Notes: a model not told the origin generated them from the sequence alone. Counted from the stretch's first letter, positions 38,754-52,401 are shown. The stretch: 64,000 bases of DNA from Sphagnum compactum (GCA_965153455.1 OZ234493.1:28696213-28760212); one strand, 5' to 3'. Numbers and translations are program-made.

Positions 38754-39091
38754 CCAGCACCCACCAGTGCACCATGAAGGATGAATAATAAGTGGTCATA
38801 AAACAGTTTTCTGTTGGGTTCCAGTTCCCTAGCTAACCATGGTGGTTACCTCGGTTGCTATTTTTTTCAACCTACCTACTAACAACCCACGAGCGGGTTT
38901 TGAGTAGGTAGGTAGTAAAAACAGCCCTTACTTATGTATAAACCATCTACATACCTAGTAACTATCTATTTTCCTACCTATCTCCCTAAACCCTAAACCC
39001 TAACCCTAAACCAAGGTGAAAACAAATCATTAACTCAATTGAGGTTCATCCACAACTGAGTAATACTGGGCATCCAGTGGATGGTGTGCTG
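38754..39091. mobile_element. Non-autonomous MITE-like dispersed repeat, copy 2, with internal telomeric repeats
   Basis: Homologous to 5925-6305. Ends are ccagcacccaccagtg and cagtggatggtgtgctgg. CCCTAAA x~4 lies at 38984-39012. Confidence 0.75.
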
Positions 39092-40092
39092 GTTCACTGT
39101 GGCCCTAAGTAAGCAGCTAACTACCACATTTAGCTATGGAATAGGGGGAAAATGAAAAAGTGTTTTCTGGTCCACACACCATCCATCCATCCAGCATGAG
39201 ACCCAGTGCAGCATGCAGGATGGATGATGTGTGTCAAACAGGAAACACTTTTTCATTGGGCAGAATGTAGTTCATAAGGGTCTGCAATCAGTGACAGCCG
39301 GCATGGCCATCCCACTCGCTAAGTCCCTCAGACAAGGCTGTTACCAGAATTTGGTGCTGCAAGCAGCAGCAGCCGTGTGTGTGCATGCCTTATTTTTCCA
39401 TTTGGTTGCACCTCGAAAAACAACCGACTTGCACTCCCCTACATACAAACAAGTGTTGGGTGGTTCTTTGATTTTGTTGATAAGCTCTGGTCTCGAGCAG
39501 CAACAAATGGCACTGACCACCAACCATTCATTGCTACTCACTCCCTGAGCTCCCCAAACATGGGCGTAAATATTTAATCCGCTGGAAATTTTTGGGAAAG
39601 AACCTTGTACAAAGTCTGTATCCTGAGAGTTTTTGTCACGATTCCAGAAGCCATGGGAACACTCACTCCAGATATTAGCTAGTAATCAAAGAGACAGCTA
39701 TTGGAAAAATTGTCAGCAGTTTCCGGTTCAACCTGCCGTAAGCTTGTGATGGGTCATTTTGCCTGGCTCCTGTACAAGCTGGAATCAAAGCCTCAGGTAT
39801 TGAGGGATCTGCATAGAGAAGGTTATGACTTACAACCTCCTCTATCTGAACCAGTAGAGCCCCTAAGAACTACCCAGCGACACTACAAGGACACTAAAAA
39901 CTAGGTAACACTTTCGGTGAGGAAAGTGAAAGTCTGACAGATAATATTGAGGAAGCGACTTCAATGATGTCATCCATGGCCAGACAGTCATGTGCTACGA
40001 AACTACTCTCGTGTCAATATTCAGCTGCTAGGACGCAGATTAATAGAAGCAAAGTTTTGACATTGCCAAACATGTGAAATGAGTTTCTTGTA

Positions 40093-43000
40093 CTATCTCT
40101 TTCTACCACCACGCTCCTTGAACCCTAACGAGAGGACCTCTGCAGGCCCGATGTTGTAGTATGCAAGAGACAAGTTGTCCTTGAGAAATCCTGCACGACC
40201 GCTCAGTTTCTGCTTGTTGGCAGCCAGAGCTATTTCCGTTGCAATCCTTTCCTTCAGGCTTCCGATTGTCTCCGTCAAAGTTGTGATCATGAGCTCTAAA
40301 GTCTGGCCCCTCAAGTTGCCTTCCCCTTCCACAGCTGGTACTGCCACACTAATCCGCACAGCACCCTGCCCAGAATTCCCAAGAAAATCAGTACTTTGGG
40401 ACTTTCGCTGAAATGGAAAATTATCATAGTACCAACACAGATTTTCCAAATGAGTTACATGCCATCTCTATACTGGTCGACATACAACAGGTCAGCCAGA
40501 GAGTTTCAGACTCAGGATGCAGCTTGGATGGAGAATGAGCAGCTTATTAAGGGGGAGCAATGTCTGTTTTGGGGGAGGAAGCAACAGCATGACAGTGACC
40601 ATTAGCTGCACAGAGGTCTCGCTGCCACAGTGGGACTATCCATGTTTGCATCAAATCCATTCTGGCCTTCCAAGACAATGTAGTGGACTTCAAACTCAAC
40701 TTCAGAAAGCAGCACATGAAGGTGCACACAATGAAGTCATCAAACTGTACTAAATAGTCATCCTCTGATGGGAGACCCCCAGTGAACGCATTAACGAAGA
40801 AAATTGATCTCTTCACCTCCATTGAAGGGGAGACAAAGAAAGAGGGGGAGAAAGAGAACAAACTAATCAACAACCATTTCTCAGTAGATTCCAAGGTGTG
40901 GGATGTGGAGGTCAAGGACATAACCATCACAGGTCAATAAAGCACCACAGCAAACCACCAGCCTCAACAAAACAAGGACTAAGAACACATTCCACTTTTC
41001 TCAAGTGCCCATGACCAGTGCGGGAAAGAGGCACATACCGGATGCTGAGCAAGAAACTGGTCCTCTGGTATTAGAGGGAATTCATCCACCTTCTGGCGTT
41101 TGGGTTCTGGCTCCTCCGGAGGCGGCGGGGGAGCTTCCTCTGGGGGAGGGGGTGGAGGCATGGCAGACAGCTGAGGAGGTGGGGGTGGCAATGGCATTGC
41201 TGGAAGAAAAGGCCTCGGTGGTGGGGGCATCGGTGCATATTGAGCCATCGATCCACCTGGAGGTCCTAAGGGCTGTTGAACCACTGGAGGTGGCGGGGGC
41301 ATAGGAGCTGGAGGTCGTGCAATCAAAGGAGGTCCAGGAGGCAGAGTCTGGGGAGCTGGAGGTGGGCGCAACGGCGGTGGGGTGGTGAGGATTGCAGGCC
41401 TTGCAGGCGTGGGGGCCAATGGAGGCGTCGATGCTGCAACAGATTGTCCGGGCACATTCAGAGGGCGAGGGATGTTCAGGGCCAGGCCAGGAGGAGGAAG
41501 GGGAGGCCTGGCAGGCGTTGCGGCAAGCTTGGGAACAGGTGGTGCCACCGGGCCTGGAAGAGGCCGCCCGTCAATGGTCAGGTTCGCCTTTTCTCTGTGA
41601 ATTGCAGCAATTTGCTCTTCCAAGGTCATAGTTTGGGCCATGGCTTGGGTTGCGGTGCGGCTGATACTGCCCGTATGCCCATCCCAAATCACTTGCTTAG
41701 GGTCTTCCTTCTTCACCTCAATCTCAGCCTTCACCGCATTCGAAACCTCCTCCTCCGTGGTTCCAAAAATATCAGGCCGAGTACGAGCCAAACCCACAAT
41801 GTTGCGAGAAATCTCATCATCTGTCGCGAGTGTCGTCTCCCTCAGCTTAGCCATCATACGCTCCTTTTGCTCCTTGTACTTAGGGTCGATGAGAGAGATT
41901 CGCATGTGCTCTGCCATCTCGTTGACAGGGATGAGCTCGTTGGTGATGGGTGACACCACGAACTTCAGAGGGTCCTTCTCAGCCGCAAGCCGTTCTTCCG
42001 GTCGCTTCCAGCTCGTTACAATCCTCATCGGTGCCTCATCTTCATCGTCAGGTGGCGGCTGTGCATCCTCTGCACCTTTACTACCGTTGCTATCTGAGAT
42101 TGTCGTGGACTTCATTCCCTCCTCCACCAAATGCAACTCCTCTTCGTCCATCTCCATCTCAACTTCCTTACCCCCCTCAGTGATATCCTCCACGACTTCC
42201 TCCGCAGCTAGAGCCTTGCTTCTCCGCACCACTTCCTCGATTGTCATGGGCTGTGGGAGCTCGTCGTCCTCCTCCTCCGCAAACTCAATGGTTTCGACCA
42301 CCACAAAGTCATGCCAGTCGATAAGCGCCATCTGCAGGCGCTCCTGTTCAATTTCGTCCTCTGCTCTCTGTCTGGCTCTCTCCTGGGACCTCTCCCACTC
42401 CAACCGATGAAGGCAGCGTTCCAGAACAGCTGTCTTATTATCCACATCTTTCTTCAATTTCTCTACGAGCCCCTTGGGAGGCACGAGTACCTTGGAGTAG
42501 GCATCGGCCAGGGTGATGAAAAATGTGAACATGCTGTGTGTTGGCTTCAAGAAGTTGAACTGTGGATTGGCGTGCTCTCGACTCGTTAACCCCGTGAGAA
42601 AACTCTTCCCATTCTGCGCAACAAATTGAGCTGTAAGCTTGATGATATCATGTTCTAAGCTCGTGATTCCCTCCGGCAATCGCACCGTGTACTGATCCTG
42701 CTCCGGAGGCTCTATCACTTTGGCCGGAGCCTTGGTGGCAACTTCGACCGCGGCTGTATCTGCCCCCGCTTGCTTACCGGGGAGGGGAGTGCCGCTGTCG
42801 TCCAAGTTGGGAGCAGCAGCAGCAGGCGTAGCGCCTGCCGCTTGGTTAGGCGCCTGTGCGGGCGCAGCGAGCTGTGCCTTGAACTCGCTAACCCTATGCT
42901 GGTAGTAGGCATGATAAGGATCCGAGGAATTCAAGAAATTGAACTTCACATTGTTCTTTTCGTTAGCGAGAATGCGCTTCTCGAACTCAGGTCCATTGCG

Positions 43001-43240
43001 AGCCACGAACTGCGCTGTTTTATCAACGATACTACGAATGTCTGGAGGGGGATGGATCATGCCTATAGTCTTGGTTTGCGTAGCCACCGAAGGAACAGGT
43101 CGAGTCGCCGCTGCCGCCCCGGCGCCATTCTCCTGCTCTCCGTCCACCATGTCCTCCTCAACGACCTGCGATGGCGGTAGCGGCCCAAGACCATCCAGCA
43201 AAGGTGCTGGCAGAGCCAGCACCTCTCCGATCCCCGGCAT
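40093..43240 (-). CDS. SF3A1: Splicing factor 3A subunit 1 (SAP114/Prp21), copy A, 824 aa; exons 43240-41039 and 40365-40093
   Basis: Two SURP/SWAP domains (IVDKTAQFVARNGPEFE; IIKLTAQFVAQNGKSF), a Prp21 region (IDWHDFVVVETIEF), EHMRISLIDPKYKEQ, a Pro-rich tract and a C-terminal ubiquitin-like domain ending KERGGRKR. One phase-0 GT-AG intron. Confidence 0.95.
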
Positions 43241-43427
43241 TTCTTCTACGCCTCTCCAAAATTCTCTGCGAAAAAAGAATCTCGATCACGCCACACACAA
43301 TCGTAATGTCTCTCTCACAGGCGCATACGCACACAACCCCTCCACGACGCCTCGGGTCTGATGTCGCGACGAAGAACCAGGTCGCAAGTCGCGAAGAACA
43401 TCAGGACAGGACTTCTTCGCGAAGAAA

Positions 43428-43465
43428 CAAACCCCAAACCCTAGGGCTTCGGGAACCCTAACCCC
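43428..43465. promoter_or_regulatory. Telo-box-like motifs upstream of SF3A1 copy A (mirrored at ~49011-49048)
   Basis: aaaccctag and aaccctaaccc lie about 200 bp upstream of the ATG. Telo-boxes are typical of plant translation and RNA-processing genes. Confidence 0.5.
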
Positions 43466-43553
43466 TTGCGCTGGGAGGTGGGTGGTCGATCCGGGTATCA
43501 AGATGGGTATAAGTTGTAGCCCCATCCGTCCGAAATTGGGTCCCTTACACTGC

Positions 43554-46500
43554 CTTGTGTTTCGTTGTTCCCTTGTGTTTCACTGCTCATGTGTTCCTGC
43601 GTGTTTCACTATTCCTTGTGCTTCGTTGCTTTCATGTGTAGCTATTTTTACATGTGGCAGTGCTTTATGGGTTGGTGTTTTGGTATGCATCACTAGTCCC
43701 TAGTGTTTTGCTACTCCTTCTGTATGATTTGTTTTCTAATGTCATCTGACAAAATATATAAAGAAGGTACCTTTTTTCTATTGATTTCACATTAAAAATC
43801 ATGTGTGATTTGGGATGAGCTCGAAGAAACATAACCTAAAAATTGGAGCATAAGATAAAATAAAAGTATTTACCTCGTTATTTTTTGATTCGCTACCTTT
43901 CTACCTCATTACCTACCTTCCTACTTAAGTAAATAGGTGTGTAAGTAAGTTCTTAGGTACGTATGTATCTTAGGTAAATAGGTATTTTTATGCACATAAT
44001 TTTATTTACCTACCTATGTAAGTTTTTTTTTCTTTTTTTCTTTTTTCAAAATTTTGTCAATATGCCTAAGTGACAATTTTTTATTATGCCACATGTCACA
44101 GTTTAAATACATTTAAATTAAATAATCGTAAAGGATGGTTGAAATCAATATTTGAATAAAATTTGAATTTGAATAAAAAATTATTCCAAATACCATGTGC
44201 AAATTTTCCTTTTTTTCCAAGTGTCATCATGTAAAATGTTGAAATTGGACCATGTTGATTTTTTTCATTATATATTACATAAAATCATTTAGAAAAAAAT
44301 CCAAGTTTTGCCAAGTGGCAAAATCTTATTAAAGAATGTGTTTGAATCTATGGCCATGCATAATGAATGGCTTAGATTAATAATTCAATAAAAAAAAAAT
44401 CCCAAAAAATCATCATGTTGAAGGTATGTTGACAAATGGCAATTATTGATAAGGTTATTTAGTAGTTACAAAAAATGGCTAGTAATTGCAAATGTTATAT
44501 GTTAGTTAAAAGATGTTATTGTGTACATTGATTGTATACTTCATCCATGGGAAATGTGCTGACATCACACTAAGTCATCATTTGGAACTAAAAGTTTAAT
44601 GTGACTTCACTAATGCAATTAAAGGATTTTTTTTGTTGTAAAGTTGATTGCAATTGGTTTTCAATCACAAATTAATGTTTTTTTACTACTGCGGATGGGA
44701 GAAGTTGACACAATTGTGCCAATGAGAATCCCTTTCAAATCCAAAATTCAAGTTTGATTACCATTTGTAGGAGCCAAATATTTCCTCACTTTCCAAATGG
44801 GCAATTCTTGTTGTTAAGGTTACCCCAAGGGCGCATTTTTGAACAACATCTTCAAGTTGAATAAGATCACTAAATATGGTCGTTCTTTGCAAAAGGAGTT
44901 CAATTCTATCGAGTCCCTAACTAAAATGACCACCTTTCTTGAATAAGTAATATAATGTCATTTACTTGAAAGTTTCGACATAATTATCAACTATCATAAC
45001 ATACAAACAAGATCCCCTTTTCCCCAATTATTATAGCCAAATATTATGCACAATATCTGACAAGTTGTACATAGGCATGTCTATAACCTTTTTTAGAATA
45101 AAATTATGCAAAACAACATGCATCTACGTCAATTTCTTTTTTAGTTACGTTATAATATTTTGTGAAGATGTAACGAAAAAGGGATGAAATGAAGGATTCG
45201 GTAGAGTGTTTAGAACTTGACATGTTTCATAAACCTTCCCCATTGCCATACATGAAAATGCCAAAAACTAAGCCAATTCTCCAACTTTTGAAGTCCATAT
45301 TCATCAACAACCCTTGAGGAATACCACCAACAACGAATGGCCACATACTAAACATTAGCCTCTTCCAACGATGTGGCATTCTTGTATTTTTAACACAATG
45401 TTTTATGTCGTTCATGCAACTTTGGATTAATTTGTTGTATTGTGTGTCTATCCATGGATTGAGTCCAATGAAAGTAACAAATACACTATTTGTCAACCAT
45501 AGGTTCATTTGGGTCACTTAAATTGTACACAATGCACAAACCTTCCAATTCCCCTAAAGACTATCAGCCATCAAACCTTTGAAGTTTGGATGAGGAACAC
45601 CATTTTTTGCCATCGCCTTGTTTAATTTTTGCCACATCACACACTAAACATATGTGTTTTTTAATTACATGTCACAGACTACACTAATATCACTTTATAA
45701 TAGACCAAATTATACACATGGCAAACCAATATTGTACATCCATTGACATGTTTCACATGATCAAACATGATCCAACATCTTTGAAAGTCACCTTTAGGCT
45801 ACATCCTTGCACCAAATCAGATCCATTAACATTTCCTTGCATGGAGATTTTGAAAATGAACATTTTTTTGAAAATATTGTTAACTTCGAAAATAGTTGTC
45901 CTAAATGTAGTTGTAATTACCTCTATATTTGAAGCCAAAATGTAGGAAAGGTAGTTTTGGTTCCTTGAACAATGCTTTAGGGATGAAATTAAGTTTTTGT
46001 TGGGAAAATATAACTTTACAAATCTGTTCGTCACATGATTTAGTTTATCACCTTGAAGAAGTTCCATGAAGCCATCACCATCCTTGTTCAACAATTGCAT
46101 AGACAGAAATGTCTTGCTTGTGGCCAAAACAATTATAAAATTTGTTGTAAATGATGTCTACAAAACTTCTTCCTCGAGCAAGAGGTTGATTTGTGGGACA
46201 ACGTCTCCACACCTTTCATTAACCACTAAATGGTAATGCGTACTAAGATGAATCACCGTTCGAGTCAAATTGCACTACTTGTGGACAATGTAATACATGT
46301 GTGTGGCACATGTGTTAACACAAAAGGGAGGAGTGAAGCAAACTATGCATAATGGTAGAACAATACTAGGTGTTTGTTTACTGAAATGAAAGACAATGTC
46401 ACTAGTCCAAGCGATTTTATTGTTAGAACCATTTAATAAGAAGGAAATATTCACATTTGTCATTATAACATTACAAATGACCCAAACACTAAACCTTGTG

Positions 46501-48195
46501 GAAAACAAGATTGAAATCATTGTTTATGTTCATTATCTTCACCTTACCCCAAGCATGATTATCATATTTCATGTCCATTCCTTGCATCTTGCTAGAATGG
46601 CCTTTGGAATTTTCAATTAGAGGAAGTTAAAAAATGACATCAGACATTGAATTTGATTTGAACAAATGGAACCTTCTAAATCAACAATTTATCATAATCC
46701 AAAGAATGTAATTCAAAAGTGGTGTGAAGGGCTTAAGACATGGCCTGAAGGTGATCAACAACACTAAAAAAAATGAAGTACTAACAAATGCCAAAAAAGG
46801 AATGGATTGCAAAACTTCATGCAAATCCAAATGGACCAAAAGTGAGGATTTTGAAAGGTAGGAAGAATTAGGAGCACTTTGTCATCATTAAAGGAGTTAC
46901 ACAAGTCAATGAACGATGAATCATGATTCAGACAAGGCAACAAAAGTTAATTTTTAAAGACAAGTGGTTTTTGTTTGACTTCCACACCATATTCAACGTC
47001 ATTGGTCACATGAGCGATAGTTTATAACATGAACACAACATTCTACAAGGTTTTGGACATATTATCATTGATAATCCTAAATTTATCGGCATTAATCAAC
47101 TATTGTAAACTTTACGAATTGGAGAAGGGAACCTAATAAATAGATTTGGTGACATTGTCGTTATCATTGTATGCATCCTCTTTTGAAATGTGCACAGTCC
47201 CAGGCTCGAGGCCAAACATTCCACACAAAGTGAAAAATAAAACTCCATAAGCATCTAAAAAGATGGTGAGCTCAAGCTTTCCTTCTAAATGGAATGTTGG
47301 CATTTTGCACAAAGACTTGTAATTGAAGGCCGAGAAGAAAATATCAATGTAATTATTTGAAAAGACAAAAGGAGCAAAAATTACTTTCGAAACAAGCAAA
47401 TAAACAACACACCCCAAAGACCAATCATGTAAAAAAAGTTAACACAACACCTACTAATGAACTCACATCACCACAAACTACATCCTATTCCATTGTGCAT
47501 TATGCCCAACAATGGGTGGAAATGTCAAAATCCACTATATTAGAAATTGACTTTGGTCCAATGGTCATTGCTAGGAAATGGGTAGTGTGGCAACAATTCC
47601 ATTCACTAATTCACATTACAACCCATTCAATGGTTATTAGGCAATGGTTTTTTTTCCCCACTTTCAATTTTTTTCTTTGTTCATTTTGTCTAGTGGATCA
47701 ATTCATGAAAATGTGTTTAATGGTTCATTTTATTCATATTAATTTGGTGATTTTTTCCACCCACTTGTTTTTTATGGTTTCATTCATTCCATTCACTTGT
47801 GTTTGGTGGTTTCATCCACTTTGTTAGTCATTTTAATGATTTCGTCCATTGCACCCATTTATTTTTAGTGGTTTCATCCATCACATCATTCATCATGGTT
47901 TCACCCACATTTTGGTTTTTTTAATGGTCTTGTCCATTATGCTAGTTTGGTTTTTTTAGTGGTTTTGTCCACCATGTTAAATTTGGGTGGGTTATGTTTT
48001 TATGGTTCCAAGAGGAGTAGCGAAACACTAGGGAGTAGTGAAACACAGAGGAACACCGACCCATAAAAAAACATTGACACATGTAAAAATAACGACGCAT
48101 GAAAACAACAAAGCACAAGGGAACAGTGAAACATGCAGGAACACATGAACACTAAAATACAAGGGAACACAAGAGCAACGTAACACAAGGGAATA
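43554..48195 (-). mobile_element. Decayed Mutator-like (MULE) element: diverged ~170-bp inverted repeats (43554-43719 / 48012-48195) around transposase relics (~44700-47330)
   Basis: The left ...ccctagtgttttgctactcct pairs with the right aggagtagcgaaacactaggg.... Minus-strand fragments read HVKHVNGCTILVCHVY, NFKGLMADS, CYFHWTQSMDRHT (CxxH-like) and LENWLSFWHFHVWQWG. No TSD found. Confidence 0.6.
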
Positions 48196-49235
48196 ACAAA
48201 ACAAAAGGATCACAAGAGCAATGAAGCACAAGGGAACAACAAAGCACAAAAAAACATCAAAACATGGAAGAGTGGCAAAGCACGAAAGATAGAGAAGTTA
48301 GGGCCAAGCTGCAACTTCACCCCCTTTTTAAGAAGAGCGAGAATCTTCTTCATGAAACTCTTGCTGATTGAGTCGTTGAAGGAGTTGTTGAAGAGGCTAA
48401 TGTCGCCCAAACTAAAACCTAAACCTAACTAAACACTAAACACCTTGAAAACTGGTGCCCTCATGTTTTAATACCTTGAAAACTTATCACCTTAAATGTC
48501 CAACTGATACCCTTTGAGGTTTTCAAAAAGTCGACTCTCACTTGGACGAAAACAAACAAACATGTCTTAAAAAAGGTTATCACCTTTTGTGAAAATCTCC
48601 GATTCTCATTTCAAAAATCAAACTGAAAAACCTTAAAGGTTTTCATAAAATATGTGAAGAACTATCGTACACTGGTTTTGATCAACGACATAGTAATGAA
48701 CCACACATCATTGGAAAAACTGTCATTTAGGGTTAGCTTGCAAAAACAACGAATGTGCCCCAGGTTTGTCATTGGGCCAAGTAGGGCAATGCCGAGCAAG
48801 TTCTTTGTAAGTCTCCCTAACATCAGGCATCAGATTGTTAGCAGCTGGCTAGTACCGATCTGCAAAAATTGCGTGGAAAATTAGAAAACAATCTCCTACG
48901 CTAACGGGGAATTTTTGAAAGCTCAGGGTAAGGGACCCAATTTCGGACGGACGGGGCTAAAACTTATACCCAACTTGATACCCGGATGGACCACCCATCT
49001 CCCAGCGCAAGGGGTTAGGGTTCGCGAAGCCCTAGGGTTTGGGGTTTGTTTCTTCGCGAAGAAGTCCTGTCCTGATGTTCTTCGCGACTTGCGACCTGGT
49101 TCTTCGTCGCGACATCAGACCCGAGGCGTCGTGGAGGGGTTGTGTGCGTATGCGCCTGTGAGAGAGACATTACGATTGTGTGTGGCGTGATCGAGATTCT
49201 TTTTTCGCAGAGAATTTTGGAGAGGCGTAGAAGAA

Positions 49236-52200
49236 ATGCCGGGGATCGGAGAGGTGCTGGCTCTGCCAGCACCTTTGCTGGATGGTCTTGGGCCGCTACC
49301 GCCATCGCAGGTCGTTGAGGAGGACATGGTGGACGGAGAGCAGGAGAATGGCGCCGGGGCGGCAGCGGCGACTCGACCTGTTCCTTCGGTGGCTACGCAA
49401 ACCAAGACTATAGGCATGATCCATCCCCCTCCAGACATTCGTAGTATCGTTGATAAAACAGCGCAGTTCGTGGCTCGCAATGGACCTGAGTTCGAGAAGC
49501 GCATTCTCGCTAACGAAAAGAACAATGTGAAGTTCAATTTCTTGAATTCCTCGGATCCTTATCATGCCTACTACCAGCATAGGGTTAGCGAGTTCAAGGC
49601 ACAGCTCGCTGCGCCCGCACAGGCGCCTAACCAAGCGGCAGGCGCTACGCCTGCTGCTGCTGCTCCCAACTTGGACGACAGCGGCACTCCCCTCCCCGGT
49701 AAGCAAGCGGGGGCAGATACAGCCGCGGTCGAAGTTGCCACCAAGGCTCCGGCCAAAGTGATAGAGCCTCCGGAGCAGGATCAGTACACGGTGCGATTGC
49801 CGGAGGGAATCACGAGCTTAGAACATGATATCATCAAGCTTACAGCTCAATTTGTTGCGCAGAATGGGAAGAGTTTTCTCACGGGGTTAACGAGTCGAGA
49901 GCACGCCAATCCACAGTTCAACTTCTTGAAGCCAACACACAGCATGTTCACATTTTTCATCACCCTGGCCGATGCCTACTCCAAGGTACTCGTGCCTCCC
50001 AAGGGGCTCGTAGAGAAATTGAAGAAAGATGTGGATAATAAGACAGCTGTTCTGGAACGCTGCCTTCATCGGTTGGAGTGGGAGAGGTCCCAGGAGAGAG
50101 CCAGACAGAGAGCAGAGGACGAAATTGAACAGGAGCGCCTGCAGATGGCGCTTATCGACTGGCATGACTTTGTGGTGGTCGAAACCATTGAGTTTGCGGA
50201 GGAGGAGGACGACGAGCTCCCACAGCCCATGACAATCGAGGAAGTGGTGCGGAGAAGCAAGGCTCTAGCTGCGGAGGAAGTCGTGGAGGATATCACTGAG
50301 GGGGGTAAGGAAGTTGAGATGGAGATGGACGAAGAGGAGTTGCATTTGGTGGAGGAGGGAATGAAGTCCACGACAATCTCAGATAGCAACGGTAGTAAAG
50401 GTGCAGAGGATGCACAGCCGCCACCTGACGATGAAGATGAGGCACCGATGAGGATTGTAACGAGCTGGAAGCGACCGGAAGAACGGCTTGCGGCTGAGAA
50501 GGACCCTCTGAAGTTCGTGGTGTCACCCATCACCAACGAGCTCATCCCTGTCAACGAGATGGCAGAGCACATGCGAATCTCTCTCATCGACCCTAAGTAC
50601 AAGGAGCAAAAGGAGCGTATGATGGCTAAGCTGAGGGAGACGACACTCGCAACAGATGATGAGATTTCTCGCAACATTGTGGGTTTGGCTCGAACTCGGC
50701 CTGATATTTTTGGAACCACGGAGGAGGAGGTTTCGAATGCAGTGAAGGCTGAGATTGAGGTGAAGAAGGAAGACCCTAAGCAAGTGATTTGGGATGGGCA
50801 TACGGGCAGTATCAGCCGCACCGCAACCCAAGCCATGGCCCAAACTATGACCTTGGAAGAGCAAATTGCTGCAATTCACAGAGAAAAGGCGAACCTGACC
50901 ATTGACGGGCGACCTCTTCCAGGCCCGGTGGCACCACCTGTTCCCAAGCTTGCCGCAACGCCTGCCAGGCCTCCCCTTCCTCCTCCTGGCCTGGCCCTGA
51001 ACATCCCTCGCCCTCTGCATGTGCCCGGACAATCTGTTGCAGCATCTACGCCTCCATTGGCCCCCACGCCTGCAAGGCCTGCAATCCTCACCACCCCACC
51101 GCCGTTGCGCCCACCTCCAGCTCCCCAGACTCTGCCTCCTGGACCTCCTTTGATTGCACGACCTCCAGCTCCTATGCCCCCGCCACCTCCAGTGGTTCAA
51201 CAGCCCTTAGGACCTCCAGGTGGATCGATGGCTCAATATGCACCGATGCCCCCACCACCGAGGCCTTTTCTTCCAGCAATGCCATTGCCACCCCCACCTC
51301 CTCAGCTGTCTGCCATGCCTCCACCCCCTCCCCCAGAGGAAGCTCCCCCGCCGCCTCCGGAGGAGCCAGAACCCAAACGCCAGAAGGTGGATGAATTCCC
51401 TCTAATACCAGAGGACCAGTTTCTTGCTCAGCATCCGGTATGTGCCTCTTTCCCGCACTGGTCATGGGCACTTGAGAAAAGTGTAATGTGTTCTCAGTCC
51501 TTCTTGTTTTGTTGAGGCCGGTGGTTTGCTGTGGTGCTTTATTGACCTGTGTTGGTTATGTCCTTGACCTCCACATCCCACCCCTTGGAATCTACTGAGA
51601 AATGGTTGTTGATTAGTTTGTTCTCTTTCTCTCTTTTATTCTCCTCCTCCCCCTCTTTCTTCATCTCCCCTTCAATGGAGGTGAAGAGATCAATTTTCTT
51701 CGTTAATGCATTGACTGGGGGTCTCCCATCAGAGGACGACTTTTTAGTACAGTTTGATGACTTCATTGTGTGGGCCTTCATGTGCCGCTTTCTGAAGTTG
51801 AGTTTGAAGTCCACCGCATTGTCTTGGAAGGCCAGAATGGATTTGATGCAAACATGGATAGTCCCACTATGGCAGCGAGACCTCTGTGCAGCTAATGGTC
51901 ACTGTCATGCTGTTGCTTCCTCCCCCAAAACAGACATTGCTCCCCCTTAAGCTGCTCATTCTCCATCCCAGTTGCATCCTGAGTCTGAAACCCTCTGGCT
52001 GACCTGTTGTATGTCGACCAGTATAGAGATGGCATGTAACTCATTTGGAAAATCTGTGTTGGTACTATGATAATTTTCCATTTCAGCGAAAGTCCCAAAG
52101 TACTGATTTTCTTGGGAATTCTGGGCAGGGTGCTGTGCGGATTAGTGTGGCAGTACCAGCTGTGGAAGGGGAAGGCAACTTGAGGGGCCAGACTTTAGAG

Positions 52201-52401
52201 CTCATGATCACAACTTTGACGGAGACAATCGGAAGCCTGAAGGAAAGGATTGCAACGGAAATAGCTCTGGCTGCCAACAAGCAGAAACTGAGCGGTCGTG
52301 CAGGATTTCTCAAGGACAACTTGTCTCTTGCATACTACAACATCGGGCCTGCAGAGGTCCTCTCGTTAGGGTTCAAGGAGCGTGGTGGTAGAAAGAGATA
52401 G
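49236..52401 (+). CDS. SF3A1: Splicing factor 3A subunit 1 (SAP114/Prp21), copy B, 824 aa; exons 49236-51437 and 52129-52401
   Basis: Same domains as copy A. Donor CCG|gtatgt, acceptor gggcag|GGT. One visible amino-acid difference (PRPLH vs PRPLN). Confidence 0.95.

Noticed and set aside
40093-40449. Stand-alone 118-aa ubiquitin-like ORF (and 52045-52401)
   Set aside because: It is exon 2 of SF3A1 read from an intronic TTG.
41005-43525. Long alternative-frame and antisense ORFs in SF3A1 (mirrored at 48915-51471)
   Set aside because: GC-rich shadow ORFs. Their repetition merely reflects the duplication.
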